Source: a virus. From it: a DNA stretch of 64,000 nt. Under the pieces are notes generated by a model. It made no database searches. It was not told where the DNA came from and saw only the letters and a list, made by a program, of their open reading frames with translations. The DNA lies in IMG/VR virus record IMGVR_UViG_3300016471_001132, positions 64,001 through 128,000 of that record, one strand, 5' to 3'. The position numbers and the translations under genes are program-made. This document shows positions 54,735-63,562 of this stretch, one piece after another; position 1 is the first letter of the stretch; each line of letters starts with the position of its first letter.

Positions 54735-55082
54735 ATGAACATCCGCGAAGTCTTAGACAAGTTGGACGAAATTAGCCGTAGAGATTTCCTCAAAGGTGCT
54801 GGTGCGGCAGCAGCTGGTGCTGCTCTATCTTCGATGCCGAAAAGAGCTCAAGCCATGACTTCGGCAAATTGTCAACCTCCCAGTATCCAGGACCAGATAC
54901 GCAATGCCGTGCGATCGGGTGCAGTACCTCAAGGTAATCGTTATTCGGCTCAGGTCAGAGCCGGATGGGTTTATGTTGTCTATGTCGACAATAAAACCTA
55001 TGACATCAGTCACCAGATTCCTCAATGCGGCAAACAAACCATGAAGGCCGCGGAGGAAATAGGCAGACTGATGGGTAATTAA
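54735..55082 (+). CDS. Late protein with N-terminal leader plus twin-arginine (Tat) signal
   Basis: TAAATA 54722-54727; SRRDFLK, Gly/Ala h-region, AQA cleavage site. Confidence 0.7.
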   Translation: MNIREVLDKLDEISRRDFLKGAGAAAAGAALSSMPKRAQAMTSANCQPPSIQDQIRNAVRSGAVPQGNRYSAQVRAGWVYVVYVDNKTYDISHQIPQCGKQTMKAAEEIGRLMGN

Positions 55083-55786
55083 ACCGTCCGGACCTGGGCC
55101 AAGCCTAGTTCTTCCAGCCTGCGAATGTAGAAGTAGCCTAGATCAAACTCCCACCACTTTTGACTGAGTTTCGCACTGGCTGGATCGTCGTGATGGTTGT
55201 TGTGTAATTCTTCACCACCGATGATGATGCCCCAAGGAAAAATGTTGCGGCTACAATCCTTGGTGTTGGTGTTGCGATAGCCCCACCAGTGTCCCACACC
55301 ATTGACCACACCTGCGGCCCAGAATGGAATCCAAGCCATCTGCACCAACCACATGACCAGTCCCCAGCCATTGAACAGAGCCACTTGGATGATCAACAAA
55401 GACAAGTATCCCATGTTGGGATAACGGCTATAGACATTACGCTCTATCCAGTCATCGGGCGTGCCTTTGCCGTACTGCTCGATCATCTTCTTATTGCGTG
55501 TAGCGTTGGCATATAACCAAGCACCAGCGAACAACACTTTGAGGATACCATGCACCTGTGGGCTGTGTGGATCTTGTCGTGTTTCGCAGGCCTGATGATG
55601 CTTGCGATGTATGGCCACCCATTCTTTGGTGACCATTCCAGTAGTGAGCCATAACCAGAAACGCATAAAGTGACTGATTGCAGGATGAAGTTCCACTGCT
55701 CGGTGTGCTTGGCTCCTGTGTAGGAAAATGGTTACACTTGCGATAGTGATGTGTGTCATCACTAATACGATTACTAATTCTAACAT
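55079..55786 (-). CDS. Acyl-CoA (delta-9-type) fatty acid desaturase
   Basis: His boxes LHRSQAH, HRKHH, ELHNNHH; WWEFD.G. Confidence 0.92.
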   Translation of the reverse strand: MLELVIVLVMTHITIASVTIFLHRSQAHRAVELHPAISHFMRFWLWLTTGMVTKEWVAIHRKHHQACETRQDPHSPQVHGILKVLFAGAWLYANATRNKKMIEQYGKGTPDDWIERNVYSRYPNMGYLSLLIIQVALFNGWGLVMWLVQMAWIPFWAAGVVNGVGHWWGYRNTNTKDCSRNIFPWGIIIGGEELHNNHHDDPASAKLSQKWWEFDLGYFYIRRLEELGLAQVRTV

Positions 55787-55926
55787 GTTTTACTCCTTTG
55801 GCAGCGTTGGCTGCAGTATTTCACTTGAGGCCAGTCTCTCGACCACTTACGCCTCCAAGTGAATGGTCTCCCGCACGTTTCACATGTTTTGGTAGGGAGA
55901 CTCTTTTTATTCCCTGGCCAGGTCAT
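55780..55926 (-). CDS. DUF2256-family Zn-finger protein
   Basis: [18 protein letters not shown]...W..VKYCS.RC. Confidence 0.85.
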   Translation of the reverse strand: MTWPGNKKSLPTKTCETCGRPFTWRRKWSRDWPQVKYCSQRCQRSKTC

Positions 55927-56555
55927 ACTCCTGCGGCCAACACTATTTTGCAGATATGTTCCAATCGCTCGATGTGTTCGAATGCACGCCAAGGCGACGT
56001 GTCTATGGCCACTACTCCGTGGCCTTTGATGCCGATGATGTCGGCAGCGGTGAATCCGTGTGAGTTTAACCCAAAACTCTCAAAGCTCCTGTCAGCTAAC
56101 TCTTGGCTTATGGGAGGTACCTCTCCTACGTTGGGGCCTACTCGGGTATACCTACTGAGTTCAGGAAAATCGTGGGCCAGTTCGGCTAACTCAATACCAC
56201 GATGCATGGCAGCTACACAGTATGTGGGATGCAGGTGAACCACCACACGCACATCTTCAGCATGTTGTCCCATACGGCGTTGCAGTCCAAAGTGCAAAGG
56301 TATTTCGCCCGAGGGCCGAAGTTCTGCACTGATTGCGGTATAGCTCATCTCCTGCCATAAGGGTACAGGACCATCAATAATTTTTATCTTCTTGAACTGA
56401 TCGGGTTGCAGAGTCTGTTTGCGTACCCCTGATGGTGTGATGTAGAAGTGATCGCGATCGTGATGACGGATCGAAACATTACCATCGCGGCTGGTGATCC
56501 AGTTTCGACGATAGCCTTCTATCAAGGTTTCACAAATGGTCTCAAGCACGGCCAA
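55923..56555 (-). CDS. Class II aldolase/adducin family protein
   Basis: DGNVS, ITPSG, PSGE...H, VHLHP, GHGV. Confidence 0.9.
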   Translation of the reverse strand: MAVLETICETLIEGYRRNWITSRDGNVSIRHHDRDHFYITPSGVRKQTLQPDQFKKIKIIDGPVPLWQEMSYTAISAELRPSGEIPLHFGLQRRMGQHAEDVRVVVHLHPTYCVAAMHRGIELAELAHDFPELSRYTRVGPNVGEVPPISQELADRSFESFGLNSHGFTAADIIGIKGHGVVAIDTSPWRAFEHIERLEHICKIVLAAGV

Positions 56556-57759
56556 TCTCCTCTGCTATGATCTCTGCGGTACCAGCGCCCAAGGTCCAGC
56601 CCAAGTGTCCATGGCCAGTGTTGAGCCAAACACCATCTCTGCGGCCTGGCTTGATAAGGGGCATCATGCTGGGTGTCATGGGACGGAGTCCTGCCCAGGG
56701 ACGGCAATCTTCAGTGCTGACACCAGGAAGATTCCGTTCCGTCCAACGCAAGAGTGGATCAATCCTGTCTCGGCGTATGTCCAAGTTCCAGTCATCCAGT
56801 TCTGCTGTGCCTGCTACTCGCAGTCTGTTGCCCAGGGTCGATGTCACAATCTTAGCAGCATCGTCTAACAGGCTTGTCACAGGTAAGCAAGAGGGATCCT
56901 GTACCTGTAGTGTGATAGAGTAGCCCTTGACTGGGTATACAGGGATGCTCTCACCAAACATCTTTCCAGTTTCCGCAGCACGGCTGCCGGCACATATCAC
57001 CACATCTGTGTACTCATACCAGTCAGTGATGTAATCACTTTGGATATGCACGCTCCACTTGTTGGGCAAGCGCCGGGCTTCTTTCACACTGGCACGGTAG
57101 CGGAATCGGACTCCGCGGTCTCCTAACCAGCGTGCCAGATTGGCTGTGAACTTGTGTATGTCACCCATGCCATCTGTGGCAGTATAGGTTCCGCCGATGA
57201 TGGTGGAGTCTTGTTTCAGTGCTGGTTCGGCATCAAACACACCATCTCGATCCAGGATCTCTCGATGCACACCGGCCATCTCGTACAAATAGCAGGATCG
57301 TTTGGCTGATTCAAAATAGTTGGCATCACGATAGATGTGCAGGATGCCAGTTTGGCTGTGATCAAACTTGATGCCAGTGGCCTTCATGATGTCAGCATAT
57401 GCTTCGCGACTCCCTAGTCCCAGTTCGATGGTTTTAAGTGTGTTGGTTTCATATCGACCCATCACGGTGTTGGCCATGAATCCGGCTATCCATTTCAACT
57501 TGGGCAGGCTGGGATAAGGACGGAACAACAGTGGGGCATCTTTCTGCCACATCCATCGGAAACCTTTTTTGACATTCGCCCAAGTGGTCCAAACTTCGCT
57601 GTTTGAAACACTAAGTTGTCCACCATTGGCATAACTGGTCATCATGCCAGCATAGCGTTCGGCTTCTATCACTGTGACATCATAGCCTCGCTTGTAGAGA
57701 CTGTAGGCTGTGGTTACGCCGGTGATGCCGGCTCCAATTACTAGTATCTTTTTAGTCAT
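56542..57759 (-). CDS. dadA: D-amino acid dehydrogenase (FAD)
   Basis: GAGITG, SYANGGQLS, YPVKGYSIT, LRVAGTAE, GLRPMTP, NTGHGHLGWT. Confidence 0.9.
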   Translation of the reverse strand: MTKKILVIGAGITGVTTAYSLYKRGYDVTVIEAERYAGMMTSYANGGQLSVSNSEVWTTWANVKKGFRWMWQKDAPLLFRPYPSLPKLKWIAGFMANTVMGRYETNTLKTIELGLGSREAYADIMKATGIKFDHSQTGILHIYRDANYFESAKRSCYLYEMAGVHREILDRDGVFDAEPALKQDSTIIGGTYTATDGMGDIHKFTANLARWLGDRGVRFRYRASVKEARRLPNKWSVHIQSDYITDWYEYTDVVICAGSRAAETGKMFGESIPVYPVKGYSITLQVQDPSCLPVTSLLDDAAKIVTSTLGNRLRVAGTAELDDWNLDIRRDRIDPLLRWTERNLPGVSTEDCRPWAGLRPMTPSMMPLIKPGRRDGVWLNTGHGHLGWTLGAGTAEIIAEEIGRA

Positions 57760-57924
57760 AATCAGATGATAGCATGACTGCGATCAACCCGCAACCTATG
57801 GCTATTGCTCCAAGATTAGTATATATGGGATTGTAGTTTAAACATCTCATAGCCGTTTCCACGCAGAGATATTCGCCTGCCAGCAGCAGGATTCCAAACA
57901 ATATGGTCAGGAACCCTGCGTACC

Positions 57925-59208
57925 TCAATGGAACTGTTCTTCTTCGGTGCTACCTTTGAGAGCCTGTGTGGAGGCGTTGGCTTCGATGGTAGTTGTGACA
58001 GCATCAAAGTAGCCGGTACCAACTTCACGCTGGTGCTTGACTGCTTCAAAACCTCTGCTGGCGTCTGCGAATTCACGCTGTTGCAGATTCACGAATGCTG
58101 TCATGCCTTCTCTGGCGTATCCGTGTGCGAGGTCGAACATGCCGTGATTGAGTTGATGGAAACCAGCTAGAGTGATGAACTGGAACCGGTAGCCCATGGC
58201 ACCCAGTTCTCTTTGGAAGCGGGCGATTTCATCATCGTTGAGATTCTTCTTCCAGTTGAAGCTGGGGCTGCAATTGTAGGCCAGCATCTTGCCCGGGAAC
58301 TGTTGATGGATGCCTTCGGCAAACTTGCGAGCAAACTCCATGTCAGGCACACCAGTCTCGCACCAGAGTAGGTCGGCATAGGGTGCGTAGGCCAAGCCAC
58401 GTGCTAGGGCTTGGTCGAAGCCTTTGCGGGTGCGGTAGAATCCTTCAACAGTGCGTTCGCCTGTGAGGAAGGGTCGGTCGCGATCATCAATGTCTGATGT
58501 AACCAGGTCGGCTGCTTCTGCATCAGTTCTAGCAAGCAATACAGTAGGAACGCCAAGCACGTCAGCAGCAAGACGAGCAGCAGTGAGTTTGTTGATGGCT
58601 TCTTGAGTTGGTACAAGTACTTTTCCTCCCATGTGTCCGCATTTTTTCACGGACGCTAATTGATCTTCGAAGTGTACGCCCGATGCGCCGGCTTCGATCA
58701 TGGCCTTCATGAGTTCAAATGCATTGAGCACTCCACCAAATCCGGCTTCGGCATCGGCCACGATGGGCGCGAAGAAGTCGGTGTCACCGTGGCCTTCCAT
58801 CCACTGGATCTGGTCCGCACGTGTGAAGGTGTTGTTGATTTTTTTCACCACTGCCGGCACCGAGTCCACGGGATACAGGCTTTGGTCGGGATACATCTCG
58901 CCGGCTGAATTGGCATCACCGGCCACTTGCCAACCGCTCATGTATATGGCCTTGAGTCCGGCCTTGACCTGTTGCAGAGCCTGCATGCCAGTCATGGCAC
59001 CCAATGTATTCACATAGTCTTCAGTCTGCAGCAGTTTCCACAGTTTCTCAGCCCCACGGCGAGCCAGGCTGTGTTCCACAGGATTGCTGCCTTGCAGTCT
59101 GACCACCTGGTCGGCTGTGTATTCTCGTTTGATGCCATTCCACCGGGGATTGGTGCTCCAGTCCTGCTGGATCTGATAGGCTTTCCAACTGCGGGTTTTT
59201 TCACTCAT
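57925..59208 (-). CDS. aceA: Isocitrate lyase
   Basis: [65 protein letters not shown]. Confidence 0.97.
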   Translation of the reverse strand: MSEKTRSWKAYQIQQDWSTNPRWNGIKREYTADQVVRLQGSNPVEHSLARRGAEKLWKLLQTEDYVNTLGAMTGMQALQQVKAGLKAIYMSGWQVAGDANSAGEMYPDQSLYPVDSVPAVVKKINNTFTRADQIQWMEGHGDTDFFAPIVADAEAGFGGVLNAFELMKAMIEAGASGVHFEDQLASVKKCGHMGGKVLVPTQEAINKLTAARLAADVLGVPTVLLARTDAEAADLVTSDIDDRDRPFLTGERTVEGFYRTRKGFDQALARGLAYAPYADLLWCETGVPDMEFARKFAEGIHQQFPGKMLAYNCSPSFNWKKNLNDDEIARFQRELGAMGYRFQFITLAGFHQLNHGMFDLAHGYAREGMTAFVNLQQREFADASRGFEAVKHQREVGTGYFDAVTTTIEANASTQALKGSTEEEQFH

Positions 59209-59230
59209 CTTGCTCTCCATGTTTGTCAGG

Positions 59231-59250
59231 TATTTATTGCGATGCAATAA
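59231..59250 (-). promoter_or_regulatory. PhaR-type palindrome plus late promoter box of aceA
   Basis: TTATTGC-ATC-GCAATAA (59234-59250; 7-bp arms) overlapping TAAATA (59231-59236). Confidence 0.65.
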
Positions 59251-59311
59251 TCACAAAATCTATCATTATTTACAGCCAGATTAAATACACCTACATTTTA
59301 AGGAGATCCAG

Positions 59312-59581
59312 ATGGAACTGTATATCGCTATTGCTGTTGTCTTAGTCGTTGGTGGCTATTTTATCTATAAGCGTGCTGACAAAAATAAAGACGGCAAGGT
59401 CGACGCTGTAGAAGCCAAGGCTGCTGTAGAAGAAGTCAAAGTAGTGGTTCAGGAAGCCAAGACACAGGTCAAGAAAGCCGCTGTCAAAGCCAAGGCCAAC
59501 ATGGGCGCCAAGACTCGCGCCGCTGTCAACAAAGCCACTACCAAAAAGCCGACTGCTAAGAAACCTGCCGCTAAGAAGTAA
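59312..59581 (+). CDS. Membrane-anchored protein with EF-hand loop and histone-H1-like Lys/Ala tail
   Basis: N-terminal TM; DKNKDGKVDAVE; KKPTAKKPAAKK; TAAATA 59282-59287 and AAGGAG. Confidence 0.65.
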   Translation: MELYIAIAVVLVVGGYFIYKRADKNKDGKVDAVEAKAAVEEVKVVVQEAKTQVKKAAVKAKANMGAKTRAAVNKATTKKPTAKKPAAKK

Positions 59582-59867
59582 GCAATCTAGCGAAGCCAAC
59601 TGTGTCAATGGCAGTCAATGCCATGTAGTTGGCCAGCATGCCAAAACTGCCTCGGGTCCAAGCGGCCCAGGCATAGATGGCACTACCTGTGATAGTCATG
59701 CTTAAGAACAGGAAAAAAGGTACATCGGGCACAGTCAATGCAAAAAGTACCGCTGCGCCGATACTGAGTGCCCAAGCCACTACCTCCAACCAAAATCTCA
59801 ACTGCCAGCTTTGATAGTCACGCTGGATGAACTGCCATGTGGCCTGTATGTTGTCTCGGGTGATCAT
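59571..59867 (-). CDS. Small 3-TM membrane protein (half-PnuC-like)
   Basis: Paralogue of 28819..29100 (F..E......I.A....A...P...RGS..ML..Y...I...GF.R). Confidence 0.6.
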   Translation of the reverse strand: MITRDNIQATWQFIQRDYQSWQLRFWLEVVAWALSIGAAVLFALTVPDVPFFLFLSMTITGSAIYAWAAWTRGSFGMLANYMALTAIDTVGFARLLTS

Positions 59868-60886
59868 AGCACATGCTGTGCTGCGAAAGCATGGCTGGCC
59901 AAGTTCTTGCCTTTGCTTTCACACTGGATGTCCCAGTCTGTACTGAATCCAGCTGCCCAGTCGTTTACTGCAGAATTCCAGTAGAAGTCCGAATGAGCCC
60001 GTAGTTGCTGTTTACGATAGCCGCGTCTAAGTAGGTCTGCAAGATCTGGACGATCTCCGGTAGGATGATCCACAAGAATATCTTCGCGGCTAACACTAAA
60101 ATGGCAAGTAGGACGCACACCACGCCAAGACTCAATAACCCGCTGCGCACGATGGTCCGTCGGGTCAATATATTCTCCGGTGTTGATCCAGTGGTGATGT
60201 ATGTCCAACACAAGAGCCACGTGATCAGCCACAGCAAGAGTAACATCCAAACCATTTGATATCTCGTCGTTTTCTATAGAAATTAGGTTGCGTGCTTCAG
60301 GAGATAATCTTCCAAGGGTATTTATAAACTTGGAAGGCCCACCTTTGCCAGAAAGATGGACATTGATCTTGAATCCGTGATCATGCCAAGATGCACCATA
60401 TCCCATCCACCGTGCCATGTCAGCATGATACTCAAATTCCAATATCGACCGTTCGACAATTTCATCACTGGCGCTGGCCAGCACACAGAACTGCCCAGGG
60501 TGGAAGCTCAATCGCACATCTAATTCTCTAGCACGCTGACCGATGGGTGCGAAAATCGTCTCCAAGTGCCGTTGCACATCGGCTTGTTGCCACCAGTCGA
60601 TCCAGTTGGGTTCGGTATAGCCTTGGAGCATTTCACTGCCCAGGCGCACCATGCGTAGTTCGGGACGCAGGCTGCCCACACGCTCGACCATGCGCAAGGC
60701 AGCGGCAGCATTGTGGTTCATGATGTCCCACTGACGCTGTTCGGCTTCTTCGGGATGTTCTCTCAGCCAGCGCATGGTGGTGCTACGGCCGTTGAGATCA
60801 CGGCTTTCAGCAGTGGGCTTGCGCCCAGCGCACTCGTTAGGATGGTCAATCCATTTGCAGCAAAAACCAATGCGGGGTGTAGTCAT
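59864..60886 (-). CDS. uvsE: UV-damage endonuclease UvsE/UVDE
   Basis: IGFCCK, RLSFHPGQF.VLAS, IN.H, IEND, LDIHHH, H.S.S, AHSDF, E.KGKNLA. Confidence 0.9.
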   Translation of the reverse strand: MTTPRIGFCCKWIDHPNECAGRKPTAESRDLNGRSTTMRWLREHPEEAEQRQWDIMNHNAAAALRMVERVGSLRPELRMVRLGSEMLQGYTEPNWIDWWQQADVQRHLETIFAPIGQRARELDVRLSFHPGQFCVLASASDEIVERSILEFEYHADMARWMGYGASWHDHGFKINVHLSGKGGPSKFINTLGRLSPEARNLISIENDEISNGLDVTLAVADHVALVLDIHHHWINTGEYIDPTDHRAQRVIESWRGVRPTCHFSVSREDILVDHPTGDRPDLADLLRRGYRKQQLRAHSDFYWNSAVNDWAAGFSTDWDIQCESKGKNLASHAFAAQHVL

Positions 60887-61437
60887 GACAACAATTGTAT
60901 GACATTACTGAATTGATCGCAAGTGAGATTGGGAAGATTTTGGAAACCTTTGTCGAGTTCCCCAGGGTGATCGACCAAGACCCATTGTACATCGGGATAT
61001 TTTTGGGTCACGCTCCGGATCATACCAAGTCGATTTTGGATTTTATGCTGCTCAAATCGGTCATTGGTTGGCACGGGTTTGCGGAGATCGAATCCGGCCA
61101 GCAACACTATATCCGAAATACCAGCTACCAAATGCAGAGATATGATGTCTTCGATGTCGTCGACTTGTTCGGCAAATTGGCCATCGTATAGTTTGAGGCC
61201 CACAGGCCGGCCTAGGCCTTCATAGTAACGACGGGGAACATGGAAGTTGCAAACAGCCTGGAATGCTCTTTTGAGCAACTCCTTGGCTTTGGAAAGATCA
61301 TCACAGACCACATTATCAGTTTCACAAGATCTCCAGGATCTCCAACTGCCCCAAGTGGCGCCTATGTTTTTGATCTGCGAAATATCAACTGCAGCATCCA
61401 GTCGATGACTGGCAGAGAATACCCAATTGATCCTCAT
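60883..61437 (-). CDS. Conserved phage hypothetical protein
   Basis: ATGA-coupled; WGSWRSWR..TDNVVC. Confidence 0.55.
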   Translation of the reverse strand: MRINWVFSASHRLDAAVDISQIKNIGATWGSWRSWRSCETDNVVCDDLSKAKELLKRAFQAVCNFHVPRRYYEGLGRPVGLKLYDGQFAEQVDDIEDIISLHLVAGISDIVLLAGFDLRKPVPTNDRFEQHKIQNRLGMIRSVTQKYPDVQWVLVDHPGELDKGFQNLPNLTCDQFSNVIQLLS

Positions 61438-62678
61438 GACGCGCCCTTTATGGTCTGCCAATTGAATGCGCCAAGGCATTGCCATGCAAATGGAGCGCCG
61501 GGTGCAGGAGCACTGTTGAACACGATGTCTCCACGCTGGCCTCGATATCCTGGGACCTGCGCGGCAAACCCCACACGCAGATCTCCTATCTTCAATTGAT
61601 TGATAGCAGTGACTCCGTCGACATCCATGGTGATCTGCGGTTGTTCGGCTGTGCCCAGGACCAGAGGTTTAGTGCTGCTACCGATCCAAGCGACTCCATC
61701 CTTTGGTCCAATGACCACTGGTGCAGCATCACCGCCGACTGAAATGGCAGTGGCCACTGATAATTCTTTTAATGTGCCCACGGTCTGCAAATTACTGTGT
61801 TGTATCGCAGGGTTCAAGCCGCCATCTGTTACCAGCGGCTGATCATTGATCAAGACTTGATTTAGATTTATGCCGCGAGATTTGATCTGGTTCGCGATGT
61901 CATTGACTAGATTTTGCCGCCATTCCTCAGTGAGATTATCCAAGGCCATATCGGCAGCGCGAGCACTAATCTGATTCCAGGCCGGCTCGGTTACCTTTAT
62001 GCCACCTGTGATATCGAGATCTCCAACAGTGAGGTTGCCTTGTATCACAGCATCGTTGACGATAGATACACGGCTGGCAGCTAATTCACCTTCAACGACC
62101 ACTGTGCCATCCATGACTGTGAGTTCAGTTTGTTGTGCCTGATCGTCGATTCCATTGGTCCGGATGCCAGGATTGCGTTCCAACCAACGATCTAGCGCCC
62201 CATCAAAGGCGTCTGCGACGGTTTGTTCTATGCGAATCTCAGAGATATACTTGTTGACCTTGACATGCATCTGTTGATTGACCATGGTTTCTACTCGGGT
62301 CAACCACACAGGATCTAGACTGAGATTGGCAATCACATCTGTGACTGCTATTTGGACTCCTGAATCCACTGATTGTTGGAATTTTTTTGAATCCACGTAT
62401 CGCGATATATCAGGCACGAATCCATGTTCAAACAGAGATCGTATACCACTGTGTACGGCTTGACTCAATTCTGGGTCTTCGTTGAGTCGCGCAAATCGCG
62501 CCTCGATCTTGTTGGCCAACACATCAACTGCACGCTTTTCCATGCGATCGACCCAAGTAGGGTCAGCCAGCAACAAAGAAATCTGAGCTTTGACTGCTTC
62601 TGTGATCTGCTGTTGCACCAAGGCTGCGATGGCATTTTGATCGATCAAGGTTCTCTCCAGGTATCTAGAGTCACGCAA
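61434..62678 (-). CDS. Probable virion/tail-associated protein
   Basis: Coiled N-terminal half; beta-rich C-terminal half ending GDIVFNS.P...AWQC. Confidence 0.5.
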   Translation of the reverse strand: MRDSRYLERTLIDQNAIAALVQQQITEAVKAQISLLLADPTWVDRMEKRAVDVLANKIEARFARLNEDPELSQAVHSGIRSLFEHGFVPDISRYVDSKKFQQSVDSGVQIAVTDVIANLSLDPVWLTRVETMVNQQMHVKVNKYISEIRIEQTVADAFDGALDRWLERNPGIRTNGIDDQAQQTELTVMDGTVVVEGELAASRVSIVNDAVIQGNLTVGDLDITGGIKVTEPAWNQISARAADMALDNLTEEWRQNLVNDIANQIKSRGINLNQVLINDQPLVTDGGLNPAIQHSNLQTVGTLKELSVATAISVGGDAAPVVIGPKDGVAWIGSSTKPLVLGTAEQPQITMDVDGVTAINQLKIGDLRVGFAAQVPGYRGQRGDIVFNSAPAPGAPFAWQCLGAFNWQTIKGAS

Positions 62679-63562
62679 TGGAAACCGCCCCCCAAAGTCC
62701 GACTGTGACGCAGTCTATGCGGGATCACAGTGAACCCGCGACTCTCTAGTGTAGTAATTAGCGCGATCTGATCAGCATCAACTATTACTGTGTTGGGATC
62801 GATGCTGAGCACATTCATGGCTATCCATTTGGAAGCATAGGGATATTGATAAAATGCCTGTGAGACCACATCGTTGACCCAGATCTTATCCCAGCCATCG
62901 AATACCCGAGGACAGTTGCCCGGAGTCACACGGCTGGCATTCAACATGACCACGCCTTCTCTCAAAGGTACCACTGTGCTGTCTATGTGTACCCCTGCAT
63001 AGAAGTTACATAGTTCTATCTTCTGCTTTGGAAATTGCTCGCACAACCACTGATAAGCGGCATGATTGCCGGATGCGCTTTCTAGGAACAACCAAGTATC
63101 GCCTAATCTACACACATTGGCTGCATCCAGCGTCATGCCTTCGTTCCTGGGCATGTGCAGATACTCTCTGGCATTGTCTACCACCGGATGGAGGCAATCC
63201 AATTCCATGGTGCGACATGGATACATCATGGCAGGATCTACCACGATGTCGCCGGCTATCAACAATCTGTCTCGGGGGCAATAGTTGTACATACCACCAA
63301 GATCCTGGAAATCCAAGTCCAGTGGTCTATGCACTTGAACTCCAGCAGATTCTAATATTTGCACCAGTCCTTGTAGATCTTCGTTGCTTTGGTCGATTAT
63401 CCATTGTGGAACTGGACCCGACGGTACTGGAGTTTCTTTCCAGGTGGTCTTGAGGCTTTCTTGAGCGAATACCAGATCGTTGGTTGGCCAATTGGCATGA
63501 CTGGCAGAGCCCACTACGATTTCTTTCAGAGTATCCCATTCATTATACGAGTGGATTTTCAT
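62645..63562 (-). CDS. Amidinotransferase (glycine/inosamine-phosphate amidinotransferase family)
   Basis: SYNEWDTLKEIVVG, YCPRD, HIDST, terminal GGGFHCVTLD catalytic Cys. Confidence 0.9.
   Translation of the reverse strand: MKIHSYNEWDTLKEIVVGSASHANWPTNDLVFAQESLKTTWKETPVPSGPVPQWIIDQSNEDLQGLVQILESAGVQVHRPLDLDFQDLGGMYNYCPRDRLLIAGDIVVDPAMMYPCRTMELDCLHPVVDNAREYLHMPRNEGMTLDAANVCRLGDTWLFLESASGNHAAYQWLCEQFPKQKIELCNFYAGVHIDSTVVPLREGVVMLNASRVTPGNCPRVFDGWDKIWVNDVVSQAFYQYPYASKWIAMNVLSIDPNTVIVDADQIALITTLESRGFTVIPHRLRHSRTLGGGFHCVTLDTWREP

Noticed and set aside
57816-57930. Possible small ORF downstream of aceA (…RRVPDHIVWNP…)
   Set aside because: It has no convincing start codon or SD outside the aceA frame, so I could not support it.
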